Assembly: GCA_012295275.1 (NCBI GenBank)
Contig: CM022672.1
Coordinates: 3,968,001-4,032,000, forward strand
Length of the DNA stretch: 64,000 nucleotides
Direction of reading: 5' to 3'
From: Chrysomallon squamiferum
Taxonomy: Eukaryota; Animalia; Mollusca
In this document: one piece after another, positions 1-16,900 of the stretch
Layout of the letters: each line of letters begins with the position of its first letter
How positions within the stretch are numbered: position 1 is the first letter of the stretch
The notes under the pieces: generated by a model
Database searches by the model: none
The model's input: only the letters and a program-made list of their open reading frames with translations
Told to the model about the DNA's origin: nothing
Made by a program: the position numbers and the translations under genes

Positions 1-4804
<4,804 letters not shown>

Positions 4805-5122
4805 TATGATAATGCAATTTAGTTTTCCTTTTCAATATTTCTGTATATCATCATTCTTTACAAATTGTAGGATAAACAGTGTTGATAAATCACAAAAAAC
4901 TTATATTCCACAAATGGCGGTAAATCAGAAATTGGTCACTTATGTTAATTATAACAAAACAAATTTCGATAAAGATATGAAAAACATTTAAAATTTATTT
5001 TTTAAATGAGATAAATATATATATATGGTTCTCTTAATTGGTAATAAACTCTAAATTCTTTATTTTCACTATTTTATAATTTCGCATGCGACGTGAAGGG
5101 ACATAACTCTTCCCATTCATAA

Positions 5123-5135
5123 TTTTGGCGGGAAA
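5123..5135. promoter_or_regulatory. E2F-type site in the SMC3 promoter
   Basis: TTTTGGCGGGAAA about 320 nt upstream of the SMC3 ATG; a YY1-like AAATGGCGG lies at 4912-4920. Confidence 0.5.
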
Positions 5136-5226
5136 ATAACCATGGAGTTTTTGTGTTTGATTTTAAAAAAAAGTTTGGTTTGTTTGTACTGATAATTTTT
5201 ATTATTATTATTGTTTTAATATTTTT

Positions 5227-5418
5227 TCCCATTTCGACTGCATCTCTTGCATTATAATATTACAGGAGATTTTTTTTTTTTTTTTTTTTTTAATTATAAT
5301 ACTGGTAATTTTTATTATTTTTTTTTTTTGTTATTATCATTTTTTTATTATTTTCTCCCCCCCCCCTCTCCCATTTCGACTGCATCTCTTGCATTATAAT
5401 ATTACACGAGATTTTTTT
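5227..5418. repeat. Local direct repeat, two copies of about 50 nt
   Basis: TCCCATTTCGACTGCATCTCTTGCATTATAATATTACA(G/C)GAGATTTTTTT at 5227-5277 and 5369-5418. Confidence 0.9.
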
Positions 5419-6039
5419 GTTACTGTCCCCTTAGAGAATTTCTTATGCCGCGAATTCCGACTATACCTGCTCTGGGTACCACCCCTGTTCTGTTAATCGT
5501 AACCGGTGTTTGTATTGCAATATCCTTGATTTTATCACCATTTTCATCACTTTATTGCTGCACAGTTTTAGTAAAAACATGCAGAAATATGACATTCATT
5601 CACTTTTATAAACCTCGCCTTGATCTAACAACTTACACGCAAGCACTTAGGCCTTCACATCCTGCAATGGGAACAGAAAAGTTTACCTTTTGACTTAGTT
5701 AACTTATATTTCAGTTCAATTTCGTATTGAAAACAAAAAATATATTTTTTTCTTTTTGCAAATTTAAAAAATAAATAATAATTCATAAATAAAACAAAAT
5801 AAAATAAAAATGTACAACGATGTATGTAGGAAGAGAATGCGGAAATTAAAAATGCAAATTATCACATCAACTTCCACATCCCCATAATCTTCAGTCGATG
5901 TCTCCAAAACTGAAATGACACTGCATTTGTTTTCACGTTTATAAATTGACACTCATCAAGATCGGCAATTGAAAAAAATAATAAAATGAAAATATTTTTT
6001 TTTATATTAATATATTTTATATTTTTTCCAGATGACAAC

Positions 6040-6073
<34 letters not shown>

Positions 6074-6325
6074 ACTGGAATTTAGGCATTTTCGAATTCG
6101 CGAGCATGCGCTTTCTTGCTGATCGATATTCTAATTAACGACTGTTAATTACCATATTCTGTCCGGAACTGGTCAGAAAAACAAAAGGATGTTCAATAGC
6201 AGAGCACGGATAATAAATGAAAAGGGATGGAAACGCGGAAAGGTACGAGAACTGATATACATCACTGCAAGCCGGAGTGCGCATATTCTACAACACTGTG
6301 AAACACTACCTCAAGGGTAAATACG

Positions 6326-6358
<33 letters not shown>

Positions 6359-6659
6359 TAATGGTATGATATCGGATGTTAATAACGTATCCTAGTTTTG
6401 CATTAAATTAAATAAAACAAAAGCATTTCTTTTATATCACATACAGTTGTATTTTTATATTGTAAATTTAAAATGATTATTTGGTATGTGTGAAAAATTA
6501 CAAGGAGTCACCCTCCCCGAATACTCTTAACTATTTGGAAAACTTAATTTCGAAGAACTCTTCAGCTTTTATTCTCTGAGCACTCAAAACATTTTAAATT
6601 TATTATTACTTTTCATTATAGATATGACTAACAAACATACAGGTTACTAAAGATGAAGC

Positions 6660-6800
6660 CAGTTACCGCTTTGTAATGGGTTACTCTTTATCCTTTAGCA
6701 GCGGGTTATCTTTTATAAGCACCTTCACACAGACAGCGAATCACGTGCCAGTCTCTGACAATAGCAGATATGGGTCGGGAATTAGCCAAAAAAGCAGCTA
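6660..6800 (-). mobile_element. Decayed SINE-like repeat fragment, inverted relative to 44920-45135
   Basis: TACTCTTTATCCTTTAGCAGCGGGTTATCTTTTATAAGCACCTTCACACAGACAG aligns by eye with the reverse complement of CTGTATGTGGGATGGTGTATATATGAGAATCTTTGCTGCTAATAGCAGGAAGTAGC near 44990-45045. Confidence 0.55.
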
Positions 6801-8477
6801 GCATGTATTCAGGATACGGACGAGATAGAAAGGGACGCCGATCGTTACTAAAGTTCAGTAGCACCAGACGAACGTGCTGAAAGCATTCTGATAAAGATGT
6901 CAGGGTCACATGTCACTGAACCTTAAACAGATCGGTCATTTTGCCAGTTAACTGGGTCAATAAAATATGAGAGAAATTAAAAAAAAAAAGAAAAAAAAAA
7001 AGAATCGTAAATGGTTAAATGATTCTCAGGTCTTCACAGTGTTTTCAGTTAATAAAAATCACCTAATGACTGTGCGGCACTATGCACTCCGCGAACAAGC
7101 CTGTACCCAGAAATTAATATGGAAGGTTGCGTAATCGACGGCCCAAAGGCTCTAGGGAGGTCTAGAATGAAGGAAATGCATTTTCCTGTATTCTTTGAAG
7201 TAAATTTGAAATGTTTACACGACATGGTATCCGCCATAACAGCGATAACTTCATATAGTTTACGTCGTCAGATTATTGGTAGTTTTTTTTTTGGTTGTTG
7301 TTGTTTTTCTCAAATCCACGGACAAACCTTGGCAGACAATACGGAGTGCGTACGCACCCGTCGTATCTTATCTTACGTACTAGCCTGAATATGAATGAAT
7401 GTATTTATGAAATGTCGTCGGGAAAAAAACTGAATATCCAAATAATCTCTTAAACTTGCGAATTATATTTTAATTTATTTTTAATATATTTGTGGGTTTT
7501 AGTCTGCACGAATTTTCTTTATGACCAGTAGTTTACACATTCTATGGCTGTAATATTTAACAGATACTGCGACACAGTGTACAGGCATCGTTGTATATAA
7601 TTATATCTGAGGATATGCATGTATTTAAGACGTAAATTATATACATGTATAATGTGCTGTGCGTGATTTGTGTGTGTATGTATATATATATACATATATG
7701 TATATATAAAGAACTATGCGTCCATAATTATTATAATAGATATATTAAAAATAAAATGTAATGTTAACAATTCTTAGAAGACTTTGTACTCTATTTTTCC
7801 ATCCTTGCAGTGACCTTTTGACCTTTGTCCGTCTTCTGTGTGTGGAAATATACTAAAGTTATCAGATGTAATAAAGTTTAATTCAGTTCAAATAATTATA
7901 TTTGCTGCTTAAGTATTAAATATAATGTGAACCATTTTTAATGTTTATATTTATTTACTTTTTAATTTATTTATTTGTTAACATCATCACCTCATTTTTA
8001 TCATCAATTTAATTATTACTATTATCATTATTATTTTTATTTTTTTATAATTCTTTTGTTATTATAAACAAACACATAGACATATATTTTGAAGTAATTA
8101 TGACAGTAAATGGATTCAGAATTCGATCAAGCAATGTCTTTCTTGTTTTTCTTCTTATCTTCTTCTTCTTATTATTATTAATATAAATTTTACAGCACTT
8201 ATTAAATCTTGACTAAATTGGGGTTATCAAAACAAAGATAACAAAAACACATAATCTAACAATCTGCATAAACGCATTTTTTTTTTTTTTTTTTTTTTTT
8301 AAACTGCAGTCAGTTATTTCCATTTGTCAGGTTAAGTGGCGAAAGAGCACTTTGTAAGGGTAAACATAATACTGATAATGTCATACGCATATTAAACACT
8401 TGTCCACTTAGAGAGATCTCGTCGTCTTGGTTAAAGATTAGAGAGAATAGATGAATAGTTTTCAATATCCACTATTA

Positions 8478-8771
8478 CCGGCTGAGGATCCCTTATCCGA
8501 TATATCGAAACCCGAAAGCTCCAATTTCTGAAACTTTATCAGAGAAGCATAAATAATGATATCTTACAGTTTTAAGATTGTTTTACATGCACAAACTTTA
8601 TTTGTTTGACAAAATTATTAAATATGTCCTGCAGACTATTTGTATTAGCTGTATATGAAATATAAATATAATTCGTATTTTAATTTAAATCCTACTCTCG
8701 GACTATATCCTTATAGTCCAAAAACCAAAGCATTTTTGGTCAAAATTATTTTGGATCAGGATTTTTTCCTG
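8478..8771 (+). mobile_element. Non-autonomous pogo/Tigger4-like DNA transposon (MITE), decayed
   Basis: Begins after TA with CCGGCTGAGGATCCCTTATCCGA and ends TTGGATCAGGATTTTTTCCTG (degenerate inverted termini). Internal blocks resemble my recollection of the Tigger4a/MER46 consensus; not verified by search. Confidence 0.6.
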
Positions 8772-9421
8772 CATTAGATGTCTGTACTAACAGTACCTCG
8801 GATACTGAAATAACGAATGCAATATATGTATTCCCCTTTATAATATGATACGATAGAAGAAACATGCAGACGCACATTAATGGACATTAATTTTTTTCAG
8901 GATTGGAGAAAGGATTCTTTTATACGTATTTTCCCGTTAACAAAAAAAAAAAAAAAGAAAAGAAAAAAAGAGAGAACATGACACGAAGATCCATATTTTT
9001 TTTCATATTGTTAATAAAATAATTTGATAAATTTATTTGCCATATATCGTCGGTTTGGTTTTTATTGTCGTCGTAGTAGTCATCATTTGTATTTTCCAGT
9101 TTCTGATTAATTAATTAATTTATTTATTGCTATATAAATTTATTTATTTACTTAATTCTTCCCATTTCTTTTTTTGCGCAATAGATTAAGAAATGCATTG
9201 ATAAACTACATAATTTATTACGTACAAGTGTACTTTTAGATAGGAAATCTGTTTCAGACAAAAGTCTGATTCCCGTATCACGCCATTTCATCGACTTACA
9301 ACAATAATAATCAAATTTGAATAGGTACAAATTCTCATCTGATAACAAATCCGAAACCTGCACGTCTTTGCGAAACGTGCCCTACAGTTATGTTAGAACA
9401 AGGGAAGTAACTCCAGAGGAG

Positions 9422-9429
9422 TATATAAA
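9422..9429 (+). promoter_or_regulatory. TATA box of the ferritin gene
   Basis: TATATAAA about 70 nt upstream of the ATG at 9499. Confidence 0.65.
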
Positions 9430-9498
9430 TTTAAGTGCACCAGATCATCCGAATATCCCAATTGTAGCGACTCGATCTAGCATCACCACAAACCGAAA

Positions 9499-10222
9499 AT
9501 GCGTTCGCTGGTATTTTGTGCATTTTTCTTTGTTTGTTTAACACTTACAGCTGGATATGATGGTAAGTCTTGTTTAAATACTTATTCAATTTAAAATATC
9601 TATATCTATATATATATATATTTTTTTTTAAATTATAAAAATACTTTCATATATATATTTTTAGAACAATTTGTAATAATTTAAACTATAATGTTTCTTT
9701 AATTTACATTTTAACTGAAGAATGTAAATATTCCATTCTTATGCTTTCAAAATGGATTTTATTGTTGCTGTTGTTGTTTTTGTTTTTGTTGTTATTATTA
9801 TTATTATTGTTATTATTATCTTGTTCTTCGATCGAGCTTTTCTATGTACTAAATAAATTCATGAGAGAAAAGAAAAATATGTTAGCTCCACGAATCTCAG
9901 CGATTGTTGTTTCATTGTCGTATCACATAAGTTCCATGTAAATATCAAAATATCAGTTACTAATAATGATTTTCAGTAGTCGTACCAGCATCATGTCTTT
10001 GAGAACTGCAACTGATCACTAACTGAGTAATGTAGCGTTTTTCTTCAGAAACTCATAGGCGGCAACTGCTATATGAAGCAAAACATAATCCAATAATTCA
10101 TCTTTGGTTAGGGTTTCGCGTTCGACACTTATCTTAATTTATTTTTATTATTTATTAATATTTTATTTTATTTATTTTATTATTAATTTGTGAGTGTATT
10201 TTCAGTATATTTATTTGCTTAC

Positions 10223-10306
<84 letters not shown>

Positions 10307-13225
10307 TTAATTTCTAGGAATGGTGAAAGGAGTTACACAAAACTACAACTCCAAAATTAACAACCAAATCAACCAGCAGATAACACTCGAACTTCAGGCC
10401 AGCTATTTATACAAGTCTTATGTAAGCGACATACTGAATGATACGTCGCCTTTTTTCATTTTTACCTAATTCCCTGTTTTCATTCTCAACCTCATTCTGT
10501 TCAATTTCATCACCATCTTATTCCTGTAAATAAACAATATTTAACAGCTAAAACTGAAAATCTCACATTCAAATTCTAGCAGAAACATTATACCTAACAC
10601 CTTCCATATTAATTCTTCAATTTTTTCAATCTTCCTCTGGTCATGTCGTCGTCATAATCATCATCATTATTGTTATCTCTAATGTTTTGGAATCGTCCAG
10701 AAGAGAGTTTTCTTCAGGCGTGTTGCTTCTGTTTTAGGGGTTTTTTTCTGTTTTTTTTTTTTATTGCGTGTTTTTTCAGTATTGATTATTAACCTAACTC
10801 GTTCCCAAGAGGTAAAGAATTAAAAGTTATATATATGTTTCATTCTCTTGGAAGATGCATGTCAAAGATTAATTATTGCTAATCGGTAAAAATGATTAAA
10901 AGAATAGCTGCAGTAGATTTCTCTTCTGTTTTAGTATCATTAAATATTCTCCCACACTTCTGCCTTCATCACTTGCTTCCGTCGTTCCTTCTTCTCCTTT
11001 CTATTATTATAACATGTTTCTTTTATTTATTTATTTTTTAATATTTTTGAAATTTAGTTATTATAGTTATTTCAGTTTGTATGTACTTATTTATTTACAA
11101 CAAAGGACTGACCTTGAAAAGGTTAACATACAATGGATTCTTACGTTTAGAAAAGGAAAATTTCGTGTGATCTTGTCCTTGAATTTGATCACGTTTAGCA
11201 TTTGAAGACAATCCAATTATGTTCTCAAGGATTATCATTTCATTCAAGCTAATCATTCAGAGAGATGAAATGCTCTGAATCAGTTCTTGCAATGTGTATT
11301 ATGATTATTATTATTATTATTATTAAATATTAATAGTAGGGAGATAGAAAAAAAAATGAATGTATTTAGGGGTCACCTTTAGGGGTCACACGAGCACGTT
11401 CGCAGTTCAGAAACAGAAATAAGACAGTTGAGAGATTATCACGTGACCCTCTCTGTGTATTATCACCAAACAAAAGGTTATAAATACATTTATATTTAGT
11501 CATGTAAATTTTTTTTTTTTTTTTTTTTAACAAATAGCTGAAATATTTAAATGTAGGGTATTGTATAAAAGACATAATTTTAAAATATGTTTCATGAAAG
11601 TTACTATTTGATTATGTTTTTAAAATTTTGTTTTATAATACAAGAAAATGACGGAATAACTGTTTTAGCGCTGTTAAACTGATTTTAACGTGAACTTCCT
11701 TGCTAATTAATATACAAAAAATTAAATGCTTTGAAAAATTATGCCCTTACGCAGGATTTTTGCTGTTACTAATTTTAAGAATTTTATTTATTTATTTATT
11801 TATTTATTTATTTTAACAAGACGGTGTTGGCGTCCTGATATTTCTTGGACAAATTGTATATCGAAAATTGCATTTAATCATATATTCTTATTCTTATTTA
11901 GGCCTCGTATTTCGACCGAGCTGATGTAGCTCTGAAGGGTTTCAGGAAGTTTTTCACTGACATGTCGAAAGAGGAGAATGAACATGCTGACAAACTGATC
12001 GAGTACATCAATTCCAGAGGAGGCTCTGTTCAGTACAATGACATTGAGGCAAGTTCGGTTTTGTACAACTAATTCTGAGTTATCAATTCTCGTTTGCAAA
12101 AATAATTTTCATTGGTCACTTTCTTTGCAAAAGAAATTTTTATTGGTCAGTTACTTAAATTGATTGGTTGTAAAACGAAATTTTGCTTATCCCTTGTAAA
12201 GTTATTCCAAAGTTTTGACTTTAAATATATATAGATATTATATAGAGATATTGATATAGATATTATATAGAGATATTGATATAGATATCATATAGATATA
12301 GATATAAATCGACCCAAAATACGGAGATAAATTGGTATATATGCGACATGAATCAGAGCATGGATTCTAACATAAGCAAAAACAAAACTCTATTAATTCG
12401 ATTATTTTCATATTTTGTCATTCAGAAATAAACAGATGAATACATTAAATATATAATATTTATCATTATTTCAAATTAAATGCCTCTTTATTTGCTGAAC
12501 GATTATTATTATTAATTTTTTTTTTCAGCTTGCTGGTGTCTGCAACAGAATCAGAGAACAAATCAGGACTCTGAAGAACAGTTTGACAATGCAAGGAAAC
12601 CTCAGAGACAGTTTCGCACCCCAAGACGACAGGGAGTACCCATGTGTGAGTGGTTTACTAATAATGTTTTATTTTTATTTATTTATTTTTTAATTTAAGC
12701 TATAAGACAAGCATGAAGCGAATGATAAGATATGTTTGATTTAATTTCAACATTTTATTATTCTTCTTTTTATTTTATTAATTAATTAAGAATTAAAATA
12801 TGTTCGGTTTTTTCTTCCTAATAATTTCGTTTTTGTTCGATCAGTTCTACGTGTTTATATAGCTATATATTTTTGTTTATTTAGATCTGTTACTTCATGA
12901 CACAGAAACGAGATGAACTGAAGAGAGATCCTGCTTGCTCAATGGTAAGTTAATGGACAGGACAAGACAAGACAAGGCAATTTTTGTTCAGTATAAAGAC
13001 CATAGGCCCTTAATACAGTCAGAGACTGTTATACAAGTTTTCACACGAATAGTGTTTTCCCATTTCACTATACGTAAACTGATTTAATTTTCTTTTATAT
13101 CAGTCGAGTTACTGATTAATCAAAATAGAACAACTTTAGGTTCATCGTCTTTTATTTATTTGTTATTGTTTTTCTAGTTATTATTTTAATCTTGCAATTT
13201 TAAAAGGGGATAATTATATATTTAT

Positions 13226-13294
<69 letters not shown>

Positions 13295-13526
13295 TATTAT
13301 TATTATTTATTATTAAATTTTTTTTATGTTCTTGCATGTTCTTATGCGTGATAAACTAATGTTATACAAAGAGAGAATCGTTTTTTGTTTCAGGGCACAC
13401 AAGAAGACTGGAAGAAAGGACTGATGGCAATGGAGGACAGTTTGGTCGTTGAGAGATATGTAAATGAACAGCTCCTTAATCTACACAAGAAAGCAGCCCA
13501 ACTTGGTGACTCCCACGTAAGTACAG

Positions 13527-13601
<75 letters not shown>

Positions 13602-13994
13602 ATACACAAAGAAACAGACGTCTTCTGTTAATTATTTATATAAATTGCTATAAGCTAATTTTTAATTTCACCGCATAAATTTCACAACAAAATAAAAGTA
13701 TTTTTTTATTCTAAAGAGTTTGTGTCCTCCTTGCCTTTGCTTACAGAATATTTTTCAGGCGTGGCATAGTTTATTTAAATACAAAAATAATATAGTTATC
13801 ACACATTGAAATTTTAATATGATCATTAATTTATCTTTCTTTTTATTTTTCAGCTGACACACGTACTGGAGCATGCTTTCCTGGACGAACAGATAGAATC
13901 AATTAAGGAGTTCGCAGATTACATTACCCAACTCAGAAAGTTCAAGACCGATTACAATATGGGCGAATACCTTTTCGACCAGAAGCTTCAGTAA
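9499..13994 (+). CDS. Secreted yolk-type ferritin, about 251 aa, with signal peptide and Cys-rich BC-loop insert
   Basis: Exons 9499-9562 ([21 protein letters not shown], signal peptide), 10318-10421 ([30 protein letters not shown]), 11902-12048 ([41 protein letters not shown]), 12529-12645, 12885-12944, 13394-13516 ([28 protein letters not shown]), 13854-13994 ([27 protein letters not shown]...[10 protein letters not shown]). AATAAA at 14012-14017. Confidence 0.95.
13529..13599. repeat. (TC)n microsatellite in ferritin intron 6
   Basis: About 35 TC units just after the donor at 13517. Further (ATT)n and (TA)n tracts occur near 10230-10305, 13230-13310, 22190-22240, 24613-24656 and 35890-35960. 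Confidence 0.95.
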
Positions 13995-16900
13995 CTTTCA
14001 TTATCACAGTCAATAAACGTTAACACAACAAAATCCAGTATAGTGCAATATTTAACGAACAAATGAAATGGTTTCTGAAAAATAAAATGAAAATTAGCTG
14101 ACAAAGCTTGTGAGTGATTTTTTTTTTCTAATCAAGAGTTGTCTTTCCGTATGTCGCATAATTGCTGGCTGTTTGATTTTTGTAGAATTAGATCCAATTA
14201 TCCATGCGCAATTGGTAACAGTTGATTTTGTTGGTAAAAGACAATAAAATAAATAAAATGTTTTACTGCTAAAGACACGCACATACATACATACTAATTA
14301 ATAAAGAAAACCAATCACAAAATGTTCACATATCCAATGTCATGACTGCCTTGAATGATTTTATACACAATAAATCAGCATTTAAAAATCAAAATATATG
14401 GGTTTTTTATTTTTTTATTTTTTTATTTTTTTTTACATTCTTCTTCACTTCATTGGTTTATTCATCCAGTTCTTAAATAGATTTCAAAAACTTTAAAAGA
14501 ACTATTTTATTGATTCCATATGCGTGGATAAAAAAATAATTACTATATTTATAAACTATATATCCTTTTTTTTTTTTATCATTGATATTTATTTATTAAT
14601 TTTCGTTTATTATTATTTTTTTTTTTTCTTTCTGTCGAATAAATAATTTCATTTCGAGATACTGATCATTCAGAAAAGATTTTTATTTTTTATTTTTATT
14701 AATATATATATATAACACTATAAATGACAACACAAAAAGTACCAAGCAGTAATACATATATTCCAACCATTAAATATACTTACATAATTATTGTGTAAAA
14801 TAAAACATTCAACCATTTTTGACTGGGACATATAACAGCTCTGTTACTGTATCCGGGATGAATTAGGTAAGTAAAAAGCATTTCGGTGAGTAAGTAAAGT
14901 TGAAGCATATCGACTTGGATTAACTATCTCTTAGTTTATTTTAATCTCCAGCATTTTTGTTCGCATTGGTTATTAATTTAATTAAAGCAAATTCTTCTTC
15001 AGCTGGTTAGCGGGAAAAAAATCAAAAGTTTATTCAGTTTGTTTAGTTACACAACTGAGTTTTATTTTCCAAGTTTCGATGTATATTTTAGCTCGCCTTA
15101 GTATTAAAATAAATTATTTTATGACAATGGAAAAACAATCTGCCAATATTTTATTAAAATTATTAATTTAAAAGAAGAAGAACCAGAAAAAGACCGTATT
15201 GAAGTCATGCTGACTGAGTACGGAAATACAACTTAGTTGCCTCCCTTAAAAGTGATCTTTAGGTCTATGTAAGAATCTTTAGACATTTTTTAAAAATAAA
15301 ATTAAAAACAATTATTGAAATTTTCATGGCTGTTTTTAAGTGCTTCTTGATAATCTGCGCTAAGGGAAAATAATTAGTTGGCCTCCAACGCCAATTCAAC
15401 TCAAATGTGTTCCTTTAATTCAAGATTTCGAGTGCATTATGGAAATAGTTAACTATTACATCTTAATTAAAAAATAGATGGAAAAATTGCTCTCCATTCC
15501 ATATTCGGTAACATTCAAAATTTTAAAATAACCAGCTCCTTTATCGTATGCCTCAAAGACTCAAGTATAAGGCGTAGTACTGAGAAATATTATGAGAAAG
15601 GAAGATATTCTGAATACGTAAACACGGACGAAACGTAAAATAAACGCTTTATTCGCTTTAGATATAAATCAACCAGATTTATTAAATTCTTCTCTCTGAT
15701 TGGATGCCCGGGGCAACTGACCCTTCGCGCCCTACGCACTGGCTAGAGGGTTTCAATTTAGTTTCTGACAGTGCAAATGTAAACAAAAATATATTGAAAT
15801 GTTCCCAATGAAAAGTAAACATGGGTGTTTGTATACACAAATGTATTTGTCACTGTCCACGGAATGTATGAATGGACTCGATATGTACGTATGCATGTAT
15901 ATTTGTAAATGTATGGATGCTTGTATTTTTCATTCTTTTTCTTTTTATGTCTGTGTGCATGTGTTTGTATTTAAGTGCGTGTGATTAGATTGTAACACTT
16001 ATTCTTTAATCTTTCTTCTTATTCTTCAGTCTTCTTTCATTATTCTTGTATCTTTGTGTATATATATGTTTGTATGTATGTGTGTGTGTTCATGTAGATA
16101 TTCTTCATTCTATATTTCTTTCGTTTGTCTTCTTATTGTGCAGTCTTCTTTCTTCCTTCTTATTGTTTTTTCTTTCTGGTTATATGTTAGTAGACGCAGG
16201 CATGTATTACTCATTTTTCTTTCTTTTTGTTTTTTAATCTTTTTTTGAACCTGTTATGTTATACTGTTTATTTCAGTATTCGACTAATGCATTAAAGGTA
16301 TCTTAAAAGATGTATAACTAACTAAAGGAATTAAGAAGAAAAAAGAAAAGAAAGTAAAGCTTAAATGTGACTGGCATTTCATACACATCTGGTAATCAAC
16401 GACAATCTTTAATATCGTCAAAAATATGGACAGCAAAAAGAGTGTTACACACTTTAAAATTATATACCTCAGATATACCCATTGTCCAAGGTATACACAC
16501 TATTTGGTTCATTTTTATCAATTACATAATAATACAAAGATCAAAAACTAGCTAAGTGCTCTAGCATATTATTAATACACTTCATGATTGTAGAAGCTGA
16601 GAATGCATTGCTTTTAGGCCAGCTTTTAAAAGTGGTTGAATTAGCATCATTTTCAAAGATGTGGAATTACATGGTGATTTTCATTTACAACAGATTAACA
16701 ATGTTTTGTTCGCAGGATAGTATGACAGCAGGTAGAGGTCCCTTCACTCCATTTAAATGCTTGTTATGTACATTAAAACAAATTAATTATTTATAATACA
16801 AGCATCCATTACTTTTTCTAATAAAATCCAAAACAAATACTGTACTGAACTCCATTCACATAGACTAGAATACAGAAATCTACACTTTCCATGTTATTAA

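Noticed and set aside
7119-7388. 89-aa ORF upstream of ferritin
   Set aside because: No recognisable motif or exon context; it crosses T-rich low-complexity sequence and is more likely regulatory or repeat-derived.
9741-9941. Leu-rich signal-peptide-like ORF, and similar ORFs at 16046-16248, 35848-36126 and 54653-54952
   Set aside because: Produced by (TTG/TTA)n, (TA)n, (TG)n and poly-T tracts in introns or intergenic DNA.
12225-12310. Short TATAGATATTATATAGAGATATTGA tandem units as a CRISPR-like array
   Set aside because: It is a low-complexity intronic minisatellite with no unique spacers, in eukaryotic DNA.
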